From NCBI GenBank assembly GCA_965645245.1, contig OZ287067.1:1922001-1986000 (forward strand): a stretch of 64,000 bases of DNA, given 5' to 3'. A program made the position numbers and the translations under genes. Below, piece by piece: positions 23,471 to 33,909 of the stretch. The DNA is from Massalongia carnosa (Eukaryota). The stretch's first letter is position 1; every line of letters begins with the position of its first letter. The notes under the pieces are model-generated. The model saw nothing but the letters and a program-made list of their open reading frames with translations. It was not told where the DNA came from and did no database searches.

Positions 23471-23983
23471 GAAGATCAAGCATTCCAGCTTGTGATTTCA
23501 ACAAAGAACTGACTTGAATGTAAATCTCTGGTCGACCAAGAGGTGTTTTGATAAGTCTAGTTTCATCATGAAACCCACATTGACTTCTGACGCAGTTCAA
23601 GGTTTGTTCATCCAACGTTGCAGAAACTCCCAAAAAGGGTATTCCATCTGGCAATCATGTTCGAAGCACCCCAAGATTAAAGTATTCAGGTCGAAAATCA
23701 CGCCATTCCAATACCAGATGCAGCCCGTCGATAGCCAACAGACAAAGATTTGAGAAATAAGATGAATGACTGAGAACCATTTCGTTAAACAATATCGACG
23801 TTGCTATTTCTGGACTCGTGAATACTGTAAGTAACAATTAGAGCGCTGACTTGTATACAAACAAATTTATTCGACTTATCATGAGTGTAATATGTAAATA
23901 AAATTAGACACCAAAAAGTAAAAATAACTACAAGGTACATAACTTACCATATTGAGTGGTTATGTTTCACCCTCGTTCCCCTG
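23465..23983 (-). pseudogene. RecQ-like SF2 helicase fragment (motifs Ib-III)
   Basis: FTSPE, LLAIDGLHLVLEWRDFRPEY..LG.LR, PFLGVSATL and RPEI, with an internal stop at 23655. Confidence 0.82.
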
Positions 23984-24154
23984 TGTAACGGTTCGACCAA
24001 GCGTGGTGCGGACGGCAGGACCTACAGCGAACATAGCAGGAGTCCCAGTTATAGTAGAATAGAGCTTGGTCTGCGGACTAAGTATTGTGCCTTTTGGTCG
24101 GGAAGGACAGGTGGCGCAATGGTAGAAATCTATTCACTATCTCGCTTCGTCATA
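23984..24154. mobile_element. 171-bp solo LTR (family X, copy 3, opposite orientation), no matching TSD
   Basis: TGTAACGGTTCG...TTCGTCATA; the flanks CCCTG and TTCAC differ. Confidence 0.9.
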
Positions 24155-24509
24155 TTCACGAAGCATTAGATTTTCTTTAAAATCGTCTATAAGAGGTTTA
24201 GCGCGGACTCGATTGGGTTTACGGTGCTTTTCGTGTTGTTTACCTATCATCGCAGCTCTTATCATCCTAGCCTTTTCACCGCAACTCTTTTTACCGCTGA
24301 ATATCAACGTAAACTCGGTATAGGAATGTTAACGAAAGATATTTGGAGGAAGAAAATTGATGATGATATAGATAAGACTTGAGATAGATGAGCTTATAAT
24401 CACGTTAAACGACATATAATAGAAAATCGGGTTGGAAAGGAGAAAACGGAGTCGATTATTTTTACGCTTCTAGAGTGTCTCATTATCCAGAGCTTCGAGA
24501 AAATAGACG

Positions 24510-24645
24510 AATTCAAGATGCACGAGACCAAAAAGCTAAAGAAGCTATGCGAAAAGCGGCGGAAAAAGAAAATTGATAATTCAAGATGCACGAGACCAAA
24601 AAGCTAAAGAAGCTATGCGAAAAGCGGCGGAAAAAGAAAATTGAT
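24510..24645 (+). repeat. 68-bp tandem duplication
   Basis: AATTCAAGATGCACGAGACC...GAAAATTGAT occurs twice; it is single-copy in unit U2. Confidence 0.9.
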
Positions 24646-24664
24646 AACGAGGGAGATAGATATT

Positions 24665-25012
24665 GAGGCTATTCAAGAGGCTATCTGATAGCTATTTGGG
24701 AAACTATTTGGGAGACTATTTGAAAGGCTATTTGAAAAGCAGCGGAGATTATCTGGGAGACTATTTGGGAGGCTAATTGGAAAGTTATTTGGGAGGCTAT
24801 TTGGGATATTATTTAATAGCTAAGCAGAATATCTGGAAGGCTATTTGGGAGGCTATTTGGAAGACTATTTGAAAGCGGTGAAGATTATCTGGGAGGCTAT
24901 TTGGGAGGCTTTATGCGAGGCTTTATGCAAGGCTATTTGAGATACTATCTGAAAAGCAGCGGAGACTATTTGGGAGGCTATTTGATAGCTATTTGGGGGA
25001 ATATTTGGGAGA
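24665..25012 (+). repeat. Degenerate ~12-bp minisatellite (GGCTATTTGGGA), continuing at 32234-32450
   Basis: Dozens of CTATTTG(G/A)(G/A)AG variants. Confidence 0.9.
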
Positions 25013-25464
25013 TGTCAGGACTCGGGTGTGGGAGCGCTAAATCCAACGGCTCTTTCCGACCGAAGCTTCGGAGATAAGCTTCTAGAGCCGGATGGAAACT
25101 TCGAGAAGAAGGGCAAACGGGCATATAGATTTCACATTCTTCTTTTTAAATAGATTTCTCTTCTTCATGCTTAGTCCCTGGATAGTGGTTCTTACATTAG
25201 ACTAAGCATCTTCTTTAACCCTTGCTATCCTGAACACGATATTAAACCGTTCAACCAGGAAAATTAGAAGAAGAACCCGGAACTTAGACTAGAACCAGAT
25301 CATAGGACCTTAGAAGCAAGGATTTCTAGGCCACCAGAATTACCAGAATCAAAAGAAGAACTCAGACCCAGAAGAACCAGAACCCAGGATCGTAGAAACC
25401 AGGATTTCTCGGCCATCGAATAGAAGATCACAAGATAAGAACACCCCCAAGAAAGAAAGAAGAA

Positions 25465-27636
25465 ATGCCCCGAGTAATCAGCGAGCCTCGAAGGAGTAGG
25501 CTCACTATGGACGAACCCATGGAGGGCCGACGTGAGTCCATTGTCCCTAATATTATCGATGATGACTCCCCATATAGCATCGACTCCGTGGATAGACTGA
25601 ATGAATTTGTCCGCCAGGACCCCCAGCGGGTGGTGGAAATGATAACTGAGTTGAAGACGGAGTCCCGAACGAAGACCCACCTATTGAACAAGGTGGCCGA
25701 AAGATTCAATGAAACGTTAGAGATAGCCCGGACCCTTCGCGATGAGCGGGACTCGGCCCAAGAGGAATTGGATAAAGCTAAGGTGATAATCCAATTTCTT
25801 CAAAACACCAACATATCGTCCGCAAGCACCGCATCGGCCGAGAATGTGCATACACACACGACCACTACCGCGTCAACACCTGCCCCCGAAGGAGTTGGCA
25901 AATCTTCCAAGCTTCCTGACCCACCCATTCTCGAAAATAATAAAGACGACAACTTCGAGGACTGGCTATCTAGCATGCGAAATAAGCTAGAAGGCAATGC
26001 GGATTGGTACCCTACCGAGGCCATGAAAAAGGCATACGTACGGACTCGGGTTGGTGGTGAGGCAGTCAAGCATATAGCCTCTAGATTTAGAAAGGAGTCT
26101 ACCAAACCATTTACCACTGCTGAAGAGATTTTCGATGATTTAAACCGAGTATATGGTGACCCTCACAAGGAACAAACAGCACTGCGAGAATTCCGCGACC
26201 TTAAACAAGTGGGTAAATATCGAGAATTCCATGCCTTCTGGTCAGAATTCCAACGCTTAGCCAACGAACTTGAATATTCCGAAAAGACCCTACTGAATGA
26301 GCCCGGCACGAACACGAGTGCGCTGGGATTCGTAGACGACGTAAACGTGTTGCCATACGGTAAAAGCACGGAAGAAAATTGCAGAACTCTTGAAAGAATT
26401 CACAGGAAATGCGAATTGTGGGCGACACGGCATGGCTCCGTATTTGCACCGGATAAATATGAACTCATTCATTTGTCAAGAAATCCAAAGAAATTCAACA
26501 TGACGGCCACTATTCAAATTGAAACCAATCTGATTGAACCAAAAACGGACATAAGAGTACTGGGCCTACAAATCGACACAAAACTAAAATGGGGAGCTCA
26601 TATACGGAAGACGCAGGAAAAGATGACGTCGCAGTCGCTAGCGCTCACAAAAATCTCGGCATCCACCTGGGGAGCATCCTTCGCAAAGGCCCGGCAGGTC
26701 TACACCTCCGTCGTCCGCCCGGCAATGACATACGGAAGCGCCGTGTGGCACACGCCCAAGGAAATCAAGAAAAACAAGGCCACGATGTCCAAACTCAGTG
26801 TCATGCAGAACAAATGCCTACGCACTGTGGCAGGAGCGTTTAAAGCAACACCCGTCGAGGTTCTCGAAGCGGAAACTTTCATCGCCCCTATGGAGCTACA
26901 CTTGGATCATCTGCAGATGAAAGCAAGATACCGCCTACGGGCCTCAGGGCAAGCGAAACTGATCACCACTGCCTGCAGCACAATAGCGAACAAGCTACGA
27001 GGCAAGGCAGGACGCAAAAGAATACAACGCCCCACCCTAGGAGATTTAAAACACGAATGGGCCAGCAAGATGCTAAACAACGAAGCCCCAGCCGCAATAC
27101 CGCCGCCGCCCCGACCCTGGTCAGGACCCGACCCTGTCCGTCTCGAGAAATACATCACGGCACGCCGAATTATCGGAAAGCACGCAAAGACCATTACAGT
27201 ACGAATCAAGGAGCGTTGGGAGACCAGGTGGAAGGCGTATCAGGACCGCGTTCCCTACCCAACAGAGGCACAGCTCGGACCACTCAACAGAACTAGATTG
27301 AAGATTCATGACAACTTGATGAAGGCGGAAAGCGCGCTAACCACGCAAATCCGCACTGAGAAAATAGGTTTGGCAAACTTCCTGTTCAATCGTCGGGTTC
27401 CGGGAGCTATGACTCCAGCTTGCTCGTGTGGCTGGCAGAAACAGACTGCCAAACACATCATATTACACTGCAGACTAATCGAAGGCAGATATGAGCTGCT
27501 CAGACAATTGGGCACCCACGACTACCGGACGATTACGCGTTCGTCGAAAATGCTGAAAAAGCTAACTGCATGGATAATAAAAGCAAACTTGTTAACACAG
27601 TTCTCACTAGCATCGCAAATGTTATACGAGATATAA
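25465..27636 (+). CDS. Chimeric 723-aa ORF: Gypsy Gag N-terminus fused in frame to the C-terminal half of a LINE ORF2
   Basis: Gag motifs KLPDPP and LKQ...F...F up to TLLNE, then LINE GFVDD, F.PDK.ELIH, VLGL..D.KL.W..H, and CSCG...HIILHC. Confidence 0.85.
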   Translation: MPRVISEPRRSRLTMDEPMEGRRESIVPNIIDDDSPYSIDSVDRLNEFVRQDPQRVVEMITELKTESRTKTHLLNKVAERFNETLEIARTLRDERDSAQEELDKAKVIIQFLQNTNISSASTASAENVHTHTTTTASTPAPEGVGKSSKLPDPPILENNKDDNFEDWLSSMRNKLEGNADWYPTEAMKKAYVRTRVGGEAVKHIASRFRKESTKPFTTAEEIFDDLNRVYGDPHKEQTALREFRDLKQVGKYREFHAFWSEFQRLANELEYSEKTLLNEPGTNTSALGFVDDVNVLPYGKSTEENCRTLERIHRKCELWATRHGSVFAPDKYELIHLSRNPKKFNMTATIQIETNLIEPKTDIRVLGLQIDTKLKWGAHIRKTQEKMTSQSLALTKISASTWGASFAKARQVYTSVVRPAMTYGSAVWHTPKEIKKNKATMSKLSVMQNKCLRTVAGAFKATPVEVLEAETFIAPMELHLDHLQMKARYRLRASGQAKLITTACSTIANKLRGKAGRKRIQRPTLGDLKHEWASKMLNNEAPAAIPPPPRPWSGPDPVRLEKYITARRIIGKHAKTITVRIKERWETRWKAYQDRVPYPTEAQLGPLNRTRLKIHDNLMKAESALTTQIRTEKIGLANFLFNRRVPGAMTPACSCGWQKQTAKHIILHCRLIEGRYELLRQLGTHDYRTITRSSKMLKKLTAWIIKANLLTQFSLASQMLYEI

Positions 27637-27832
27637 CTTCTCATTTTCGTCAAGGATTCTAAAGAAAAACGATCACAGAGAGCAGCCTGTTGCCAGCGAG
27701 GCTCCGGAGGTAGTGCGTAGTCTACGGGGTTTTTATTCCCAAGAAGGGTTTTCCTTGTATGATAAACATAGACAGCCCGCATGGGCCGGCCTTCGGCCGG
27801 TGTCATATCGGAATAAGAATAAATCAATCAAT
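26303..27832 (+). mobile_element. 5'-truncated Tad1-like LINE
   Basis: 14-bp TSD CCTACTGAATGAGC (26289-26302 and 27833-27846), (AATC)n-type tail, RT domains 5-7 and a C-terminal cysteine motif. Confidence 0.93.
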
Positions 27833-28304
27833 CCTACTGAATGAGCTCCGCAACAAGATGAACTTTGAGCTCCAGAAGATGCTAGCCGTCGAGGCCTACA
27901 AGGCCACCGATTTGTATGAATTCGCACGCCTATGCATGCATACTGATCAGTCCATCCGCGAGGTTGAGACCAAGACGAAAGGCTATCGAAAGAACTTTGT
28001 TGGCCCCTCAGTACCTATCGCAAGCACGGCCGGTGGGACCACCTCCATCGTAAAGGCCTCCACCCCCGCATTAACCCGTACTCCCGCAATGCCTTCCGCC
28101 ACCAGCAGCCGATCTTCAACGCCCTTTATGGCCCGAGCCCCCCATCCCGATCCAATCATGGAGAAAAGAATGAAGGAAGGAAGATGTTTTAACTGCGATC
28201 TGACCGGGCATATGGCCAAAGACTGCCCTCAGCCTAGAAAGGGACGGGTTAGCGAGATGAGCGCAGAAGCAGAAGATTCGGGAAAAGACGCACCTCCGTC
28301 ATAG
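27833..28304 (+). pseudogene. gag: Displaced C-terminal part of Gypsy 2 gag with CCHC zinc knuckle
   Basis: Resumes at LLNELRNK after the TSD; CFNCDLTGHMAKDC; ends SGKDAPPS. Confidence 0.9.
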
Positions 28305-28323
28305 ACGCGGCGGGGTAGATGAG

Positions 28324-31300
28324 TTGGTTATCACATCTTTCTTTATGGAGGATGATTTATTCGATGACCATCCAGTAATGGAAGATTGTATCGTAGGAAA
28401 TAAATTTAATACGAGAGCGATGATTGATACTGGATCTACTGGTTATTGTTTTGTTGATAGACTAACTGCGCAGGAAATATGTGAAAAGGCTAATATCTCA
28501 CCGGTGACGTTAAATAGACGGAAAGAGATAAAGGCATATGATGGAAGAAAAGGCAAGCCTATTACCCAGGCCATTTATCCATCTCTGAAAATTGGAAATC
28601 ATACCGAGAGCTCAACACCAATGTTGATCACCGAGCTGGGCCAACAAACGATTATTCTTGGCAAGCCTTGGATGCGAAAACTTGGTGTTAGCTATCATGG
28701 GCATACGAATTCGATTTCTTTTCGTCCCGATCATTGCAATCATCTAGGTGCCCCCGAAAGGCCTTTCCCATCGTCGCCAATCAGGAGAGAAGAACCGGGC
28801 TCAACAAAGGACACCACGCCTATATTCCAACCAAAGAAGATATTGAAAAGAGACGAACCCGATGAAAAGAATCATAGCAACTCGAACCCGATTTCAGTTC
28901 GAAGATCAAGAAAGGAAGATATCTTGAAGCAAAAGTCTTGGAGAAAAGACGCCGAGAGCGAAGAAGCCCTGGATATAGCGATGATAGGTGCAGACCCATT
29001 TAATGTATTAACGAAACAAAAGGATGTCGAGATATTTGCAGTCTCGCTGAGAGATATCAACTTTGAACTAGCCAAGGGAGAAAAGCCAGTCACCGATCCT
29101 AAGACCATAGTCCCCCCCGAGTATCACGATTTTCTTGATGTTTTCTCTAAGGAAAAAGCTGATGAACTGCCCCCTCATAGAAAGCATGACCATACCATCG
29201 AATTGCTAGAAGGTAAAGGACCCGGGCATGCCCCGCTATATAATATGTCAGAGGGAGAACTCCTACTGGTCAAGAGATATTTGGAAGAAAATCTGAAGAA
29301 AGGATTTATTACAGCCAGCTCGGCCCCATTTGCCTCGCCGATACTATTCGCCAAGAAACCGAGTGGAGGACTTCGGTTCTGCGTCGATTATCGAAAGCTA
29401 AACGAAATCACCAAAAAAAATCGATATCCCCTACCTCTGATATCTGAGATAATGTCTCGATTGGCCAGGGCTAGATTTTTGACAAGAATAGATATTCGAC
29501 ATGCCTTTAACCGACTTAGGATGAAAACCGAAAAGGACGAAGATCTCACAACCTTCCGCACGCGATTTGGGTCATATAAATCTCTAGTATTACCCTTCGG
29601 ACTGACCAACGGCCCTGCTACGTTTCAGAACTTCATCAACGATACCTTCTTAGAATATCTAGACGAATTCCTAATAGCCTATCTGGACGATCTCTTGGTT
29701 TATAGTGAAACCATGACTGACCACCGAAAACATGTTCGAAAAGTTCTACAAAAGCTTCGAGAAGCTGGTATTCAGGCTGATGTGGATAAATGCGAATTCC
29801 ATGTGACCGAAACAAAGTTCCTAGGAGTGGTAGTCGGGCGGAATGGGATCAATATGGACCCTACCAAAATTGAGGCAGTCGTCGAATGGGCCATCCCTAG
29901 GCATCTTAAACAGGTGCAGGCCTTTCTAGGATTTATCAACTTTTATAGACGTTTTATCAAAGACTTCTCCAAAATAGCCAAACCCCTCGTACATCTAACT
30001 CGAAAAGACGAACCATTCAATTGGACCCCAGCCTGCCAAGCAGCTTTTTCCGAATTGAAAAGACGGGTGACCGAGGCCCCGGTCCTCGCGCATTTCAGCC
30101 CAAGCCGAGAAACGTTCGTGGAATCGGATTCATCTGATTATGTGTCAGCCGGAGTATTATCGCAAAGAGGTGAAGATGGACTTATCAGACCAGTAGCCTT
30201 CTTTTCAAAGAGCCTGTTGCCAGCCGAATGCAATTATGAAATATACGATAAAGAATTGCTTGCAATAATCAAATGTTTCGAACAATGGAGGCCTGAGCTG
30301 CAATCCACCGAGCTCCCAATCAAAGTGTTGACCGACCACAAAAGCTTGGAATATTTCATGACAACCAAAAAGCTAAATAGGCGACAGGCCAGATGGGCTG
30401 AATTTCTGGCCGATTTCAATTTTGTCATCACATACCAAGCTGGAAAATTCCATACAAAGGCAGATGCACTAACTAGAAGACCAGGAGACAGGCCCGAATC
30501 AGAGGAAGATGACAGGCAAAGGCATCAACATCAGATAATCTTACCTCTCGAAAGCCTAGACCCTCAAATCCAAAAGGAAATGGGGTTTGAAATGAACGAG
30601 ATCAACGCGGAAAAGTCGAAAGATCCGCTCGAGAATAATGCCAAACTATTTGTCCCCGAAGAAAAGAGAATGAAGCTGATACAGGAAGTTCACGATCAAC
30701 CAGCCGTTGGCCATCCGGGAATAAAGCGGACCTACGAGATGATGAAGAAATTCTTTTTTTGGCCAAAGATGAAAGGGACCATAGAACAATACATTCGAAA
30801 TTGTCATACATGCAAAAGCGCAAAAGCTCCAAGGGACGGTTATTCCGGACTATTAAATCCGCTACCTATACCAGACCGGCCCTGGACAGATATATCAATG
30901 GATTTCGTAACTGGCCTACCTGAAAGCAAAGGTCATAATGCAATATTAATGGTAGTAGACCGATTTTCCAAGATGCATCATTACATTCCATGCACCACGG
31001 ACGAAGAAGGGACAACTGCCGAAGAGACGGCCCGAATGCTAATAAAACATGTATGGAAATTGCATGGCCTACCGACCACGATAATCTCAGATAGGGGACC
31101 TCAATTCGTATCGCTAGTATGGAAATCGCTATGCGTAATGCTGGGAATAAAAGCCAAGTTATCAACCGCATTCCATCCCGAGACCGACGGTCAAAGCGAA
31201 ATATCCAATCAAGATATGGAGCGATATCTGAGAACCTATGTCAATTATCAGCAAGATGACTGGACAGAGTGGCTATCGATGGCCGAGTTCGCATCAAATG

Positions 31301-31986
31301 CCTGTGTCTCAGCTTCAAGTGGATTATCTCCATTTCAGGTCAACTATGGGTTTGAACCGAGGATAATCTTCTATCCGATTGACGCATCTACTGGATCGGC
31401 CAGAGAAAGAATATTGAAAACTCGAGCAAAAAATATCGGCCAAGCAATGGAGAAAATCTGGGAATTTGGAAAAGAAAACCTAGTACGAAGCCAAGAAAGT
31501 CAGAAGAGATTCGCGGACAATCATCGGGAGGAGGCACCAACCTATAAAGAAGGAGATGAAGTTTGGCTATCAACCAAAAATATCAAAACGGAAAGGCCTT
31601 CGAAAAAGCTAGATCATAAGATGATCGGACCGTACAAGATATTAAAAGCTTTGGGGAATAGCTATAAGTTAGATCTTCCAGCATCGATGAAAATACACGA
31701 TGTTTTCCATTCATCATTACTCCGACCAGCAAGTAAAGACCCATTGCCCGGACAAATACCCCCGCCTCCACCACCGGTAATTATTGACAACGAGGAAGAA
31801 TTTGAAATTGATGATATTTTGGATTCAAGAACTTTCAACAAGAAGCTACAATACAAGGTAAAATGGAGCAATTACGCACCGGATAACACATGGTATCCGG
31901 CCGAAGATTTTGCGAATTCAAAAGAAACTGTGGAAGAATATCATCGGAAATATCCAAAGAAGCCGCGACCGAAGCTAATCACATGA
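28324..31986 (+). CDS. pol: Pol of Gypsy 2 (protease-RT-RNase H-integrase-chromodomain)
   Basis: AMIDTGST, YLDD, SDSSD, NYEIYDKEL, GHPG...C..C, SDRGPQF, and EFEIDDILDSR...YKVKW. Confidence 0.95.
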   Translation: MVITSFFMEDDLFDDHPVMEDCIVGNKFNTRAMIDTGSTGYCFVDRLTAQEICEKANISPVTLNRRKEIKAYDGRKGKPITQAIYPSLKIGNHTESSTPMLITELGQQTIILGKPWMRKLGVSYHGHTNSISFRPDHCNHLGAPERPFPSSPIRREEPGSTKDTTPIFQPKKILKRDEPDEKNHSNSNPISVRRSRKEDILKQKSWRKDAESEEALDIAMIGADPFNVLTKQKDVEIFAVSLRDINFELAKGEKPVTDPKTIVPPEYHDFLDVFSKEKADELPPHRKHDHTIELLEGKGPGHAPLYNMSEGELLLVKRYLEENLKKGFITASSAPFASPILFAKKPSGGLRFCVDYRKLNEITKKNRYPLPLISEIMSRLARARFLTRIDIRHAFNRLRMKTEKDEDLTTFRTRFGSYKSLVLPFGLTNGPATFQNFINDTFLEYLDEFLIAYLDDLLVYSETMTDHRKHVRKVLQKLREAGIQADVDKCEFHVTETKFLGVVVGRNGINMDPTKIEAVVEWAIPRHLKQVQAFLGFINFYRRFIKDFSKIAKPLVHLTRKDEPFNWTPACQAAFSELKRRVTEAPVLAHFSPSRETFVESDSSDYVSAGVLSQRGEDGLIRPVAFFSKSLLPAECNYEIYDKELLAIIKCFEQWRPELQSTELPIKVLTDHKSLEYFMTTKKLNRRQARWAEFLADFNFVITYQAGKFHTKADALTRRPGDRPESEEDDRQRHQHQIILPLESLDPQIQKEMGFEMNEINAEKSKDPLENNAKLFVPEEKRMKLIQEVHDQPAVGHPGIKRTYEMMKKFFFWPKMKGTIEQYIRNCHTCKSAKAPRDGYSGLLNPLPIPDRPWTDISMDFVTGLPESKGHNAILMVVDRFSKMHHYIPCTTDEEGTTAEETARMLIKHVWKLHGLPTTIISDRGPQFVSLVWKSLCVMLGIKAKLSTAFHPETDGQSEISNQDMERYLRTYVNYQQDDWTEWLSMAEFASNACVSASSGLSPFQVNYGFEPRIIFYPIDASTGSARERILKTRAKNIGQAMEKIWEFGKENLVRSQESQKRFADNHREEAPTYKEGDEVWLSTKNIKTERPSKKLDHKMIGPYKILKALGNSYKLDLPASMKIHDVFHSSLLRPASKDPLPGQIPPPPPPVIIDNEEEFEIDDILDSRTFNKKLQYKVKWSNYAPDNTWYPAEDFANSKETVEEYHRKYPKKPRPKLIT

Positions 31987-33046
31987 CAGCGATCAGGAGC
32001 TCGCTAACCAAGAGGGGTAGTGTCAGGACTCGGGTGTGGGAGCGCTAAATCCAACGGCTCTTTCCGACCGAAGCTTCGGAGATAAGCTTCTAGAGCCGGA
32101 TGGAAACTTCGAGAAGAAGGGCAAACGGGCATATAGATTTCACATTCTTCTTTGTAGATAGATTTCTCTTCTTCATGCTTAGTCTCTTAGGTAGCTGACT
32201 ACTATTCGTCTTCCCTGGATAGTGGTTCTTACAGGAGACTATTTGGGAGATATTTGAGAGATACTTGGAAGATAATTGAAAGGCTATTTGGGAGGCTATT
32301 TGAAAGGCTTTTTGGGAGGCTTTTGGGAGGCTTTTGGGAGGCTATCTGGGAGACTATTTGAAAAGCAGCGGAGACTATTTGAAAGGCTATTTAGGGGCTA
32401 GATGTGGGGCCTTATAGAAATCAGCGGAGGCTATCTGGGAGACTATTTGGAAGATGCTTTGACAGATGCTTTGGCGGGTGCCAAGGAGGAGATAGCGTAG
32501 GGCCGTTGCGGAGCGAAGCGAAGCATGTCCGGAGCAGAAATCAGAGATATTTTGAGATTCGCATGAAAAAATAGCAAGCCAAATAGTAAGTAAATGAAAA
32601 GTAGTAGTAAATTAGATTTTTTCATTCGAAAAATCTCAGGTCTGAGATGGCACTGTCTCGTCTATATTGTACTGAAGTGGTTCCCCTGCTACTTTGGGCA
32701 ACACTACCTTATTCGGTTAGATTTAACCCGAAAAAGGGAACGCGGCTTGCGGAACAGTACTGAATTACGTATCAAATAATGCGGAAAGGACGCCGTACGG
32801 AAAGGACCAAAAAGAGGCACATCATTGCGAGCATGCATTTCATCGTATGATATCGTAAAACTTTGCAGACCTATGAATCATATCAACCATAGTCGATATC
32901 TCGAAACGTGCGTGCTTTTTCGCCCGTTTGCCGTGGGGGGAGGAGGTCTCTTCGCGAAGCATCAGATTTTCTTTGAAATCCTCCATAAGAGGTTTAGCGC
33001 GGACTCGATTTGGTTTACGGTGCTTTTCGTGTTGTTTACCTATCTC

Positions 33047-33210
33047 TTTTCACCGTAGCCTTTTCACCGCAGCTCTTTTCACCGCAGCTCTTTTCACCGC
33101 AGCTCTTTTCACCGCAGCTCTTTTCACCGCAGCTCTTTTCACCGCAGCTCTTTTCACCGCAGCTCTTTTCACCGCAGCTCTTTTCACCGCAGCTCTTTTC
33201 ACCGCAGCTT
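33047..33210 (+). repeat. 15-bp tandem repeat TTTTCACCGCAGCTC, about 11 copies
   Basis: Near-perfect array; only about 2 degenerate units in U1 (~24272). Confidence 0.97.
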
Positions 33211-33909
33211 TTATCCATTTCAATCAGGTAAAGAATCTTCTCCATCGCAGCTCCCTTCATCTCAGCCAGCTAATAATAATTCTATCTATTTTAGCTCTTT
33301 ATGTCTCAACACGTTTTTGCTATTACTCAGGCCTCCGCACGTTCCGTAAATCAAATCGAACGATGCCGCAAACATATAAACAATAACAACAATTCGCCGT
33401 ACGGCGTTTTTCGGGTAAGAATTCTCATTTGAATTTTGACGTTTTGATTAATGATTTTATTAGGTGCAAAAACAAACTCCTGTTATTCATTCGCGATCCC
33501 GTTTTGTTTCTTCAGACGCTCCCATTTTTTCTTCTATAGTTTCCGAATTTCGGGTTGACGCGTTATCGAGTGCAAAAATAAAATATTTATCGCTCGCACG
33601 AGAAACGCTTGCTGAATATCAACGTGAACTCGATACAGGAATGTTAACGGAAGATATTTTGACCAAAAAAATTGACGATGATATAGATAAGACTCGAGAC
33701 GGACGAGCTTATAATCACGTCAAACGACATATAATAGAAAAATCGGGTTGGAAGGGAGAAAACGGAGTCGATTATTCTTATGCTTCTAGAGTGCCTCATT
33801 ATCGACAGCTTCGAGAAAATAGACGAATTCAAGATGCACGAGACCAAAAAGCTAAAGAAACTATGCGAAAAGCGGCGGAAAAAAATTGATAACGGGGGAG
33901 ATAGATATT

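Larger units (their letters stand above)
22013..23983. mobile_element. Internally deleted and truncated Academ(H)-like DNA transposon (convergent transposase and RecQ helicase)
   Basis: Starts with TGCCTCAGTACCTCAGAC. Plus-strand transposase fragment and minus-strand RecQ fragment are fused at ~23470, and the element is cut by a solo LTR at 23984. Confidence 0.7.
25013..32233 (+). mobile_element. Ty3/Gypsy chromovirus 2 with a LINE insertion in gag
   Basis: LTRs at 25013-25196 and 32021-32233 (the 5' copy has a ~28-bp deletion). TSD GGAGA (25008-25012 and 32234-32238). Purine tract AAGAGGGG before the 3' LTR. Confidence 0.95.
24155..32660 (+). mobile_element. Non-autonomous Helitron unit U1 (5' end lost; interrupted by Gypsy 2)
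   Basis: Homologous to 32950-34704. The 3' end has the palindrome ATCTCAGGTCTGAGAT followed by 12 nt ending CTCG (32660). Confidence 0.7.

Noticed and set aside
27775..27800. GC-rich hairpins near the LINE 3' end as a ribozyme or terminator
   Set aside because: Short stems consistent with an ordinary LINE 3' UTR structure; no ribozyme core is visible.
33047..33210. CRISPR-like or pentapeptide-repeat protein (LFTAA / KSCGE repeats)
   Set aside because: A pure 15-bp tandem repeat without spacers, open in several frames only because the unit lacks stops.
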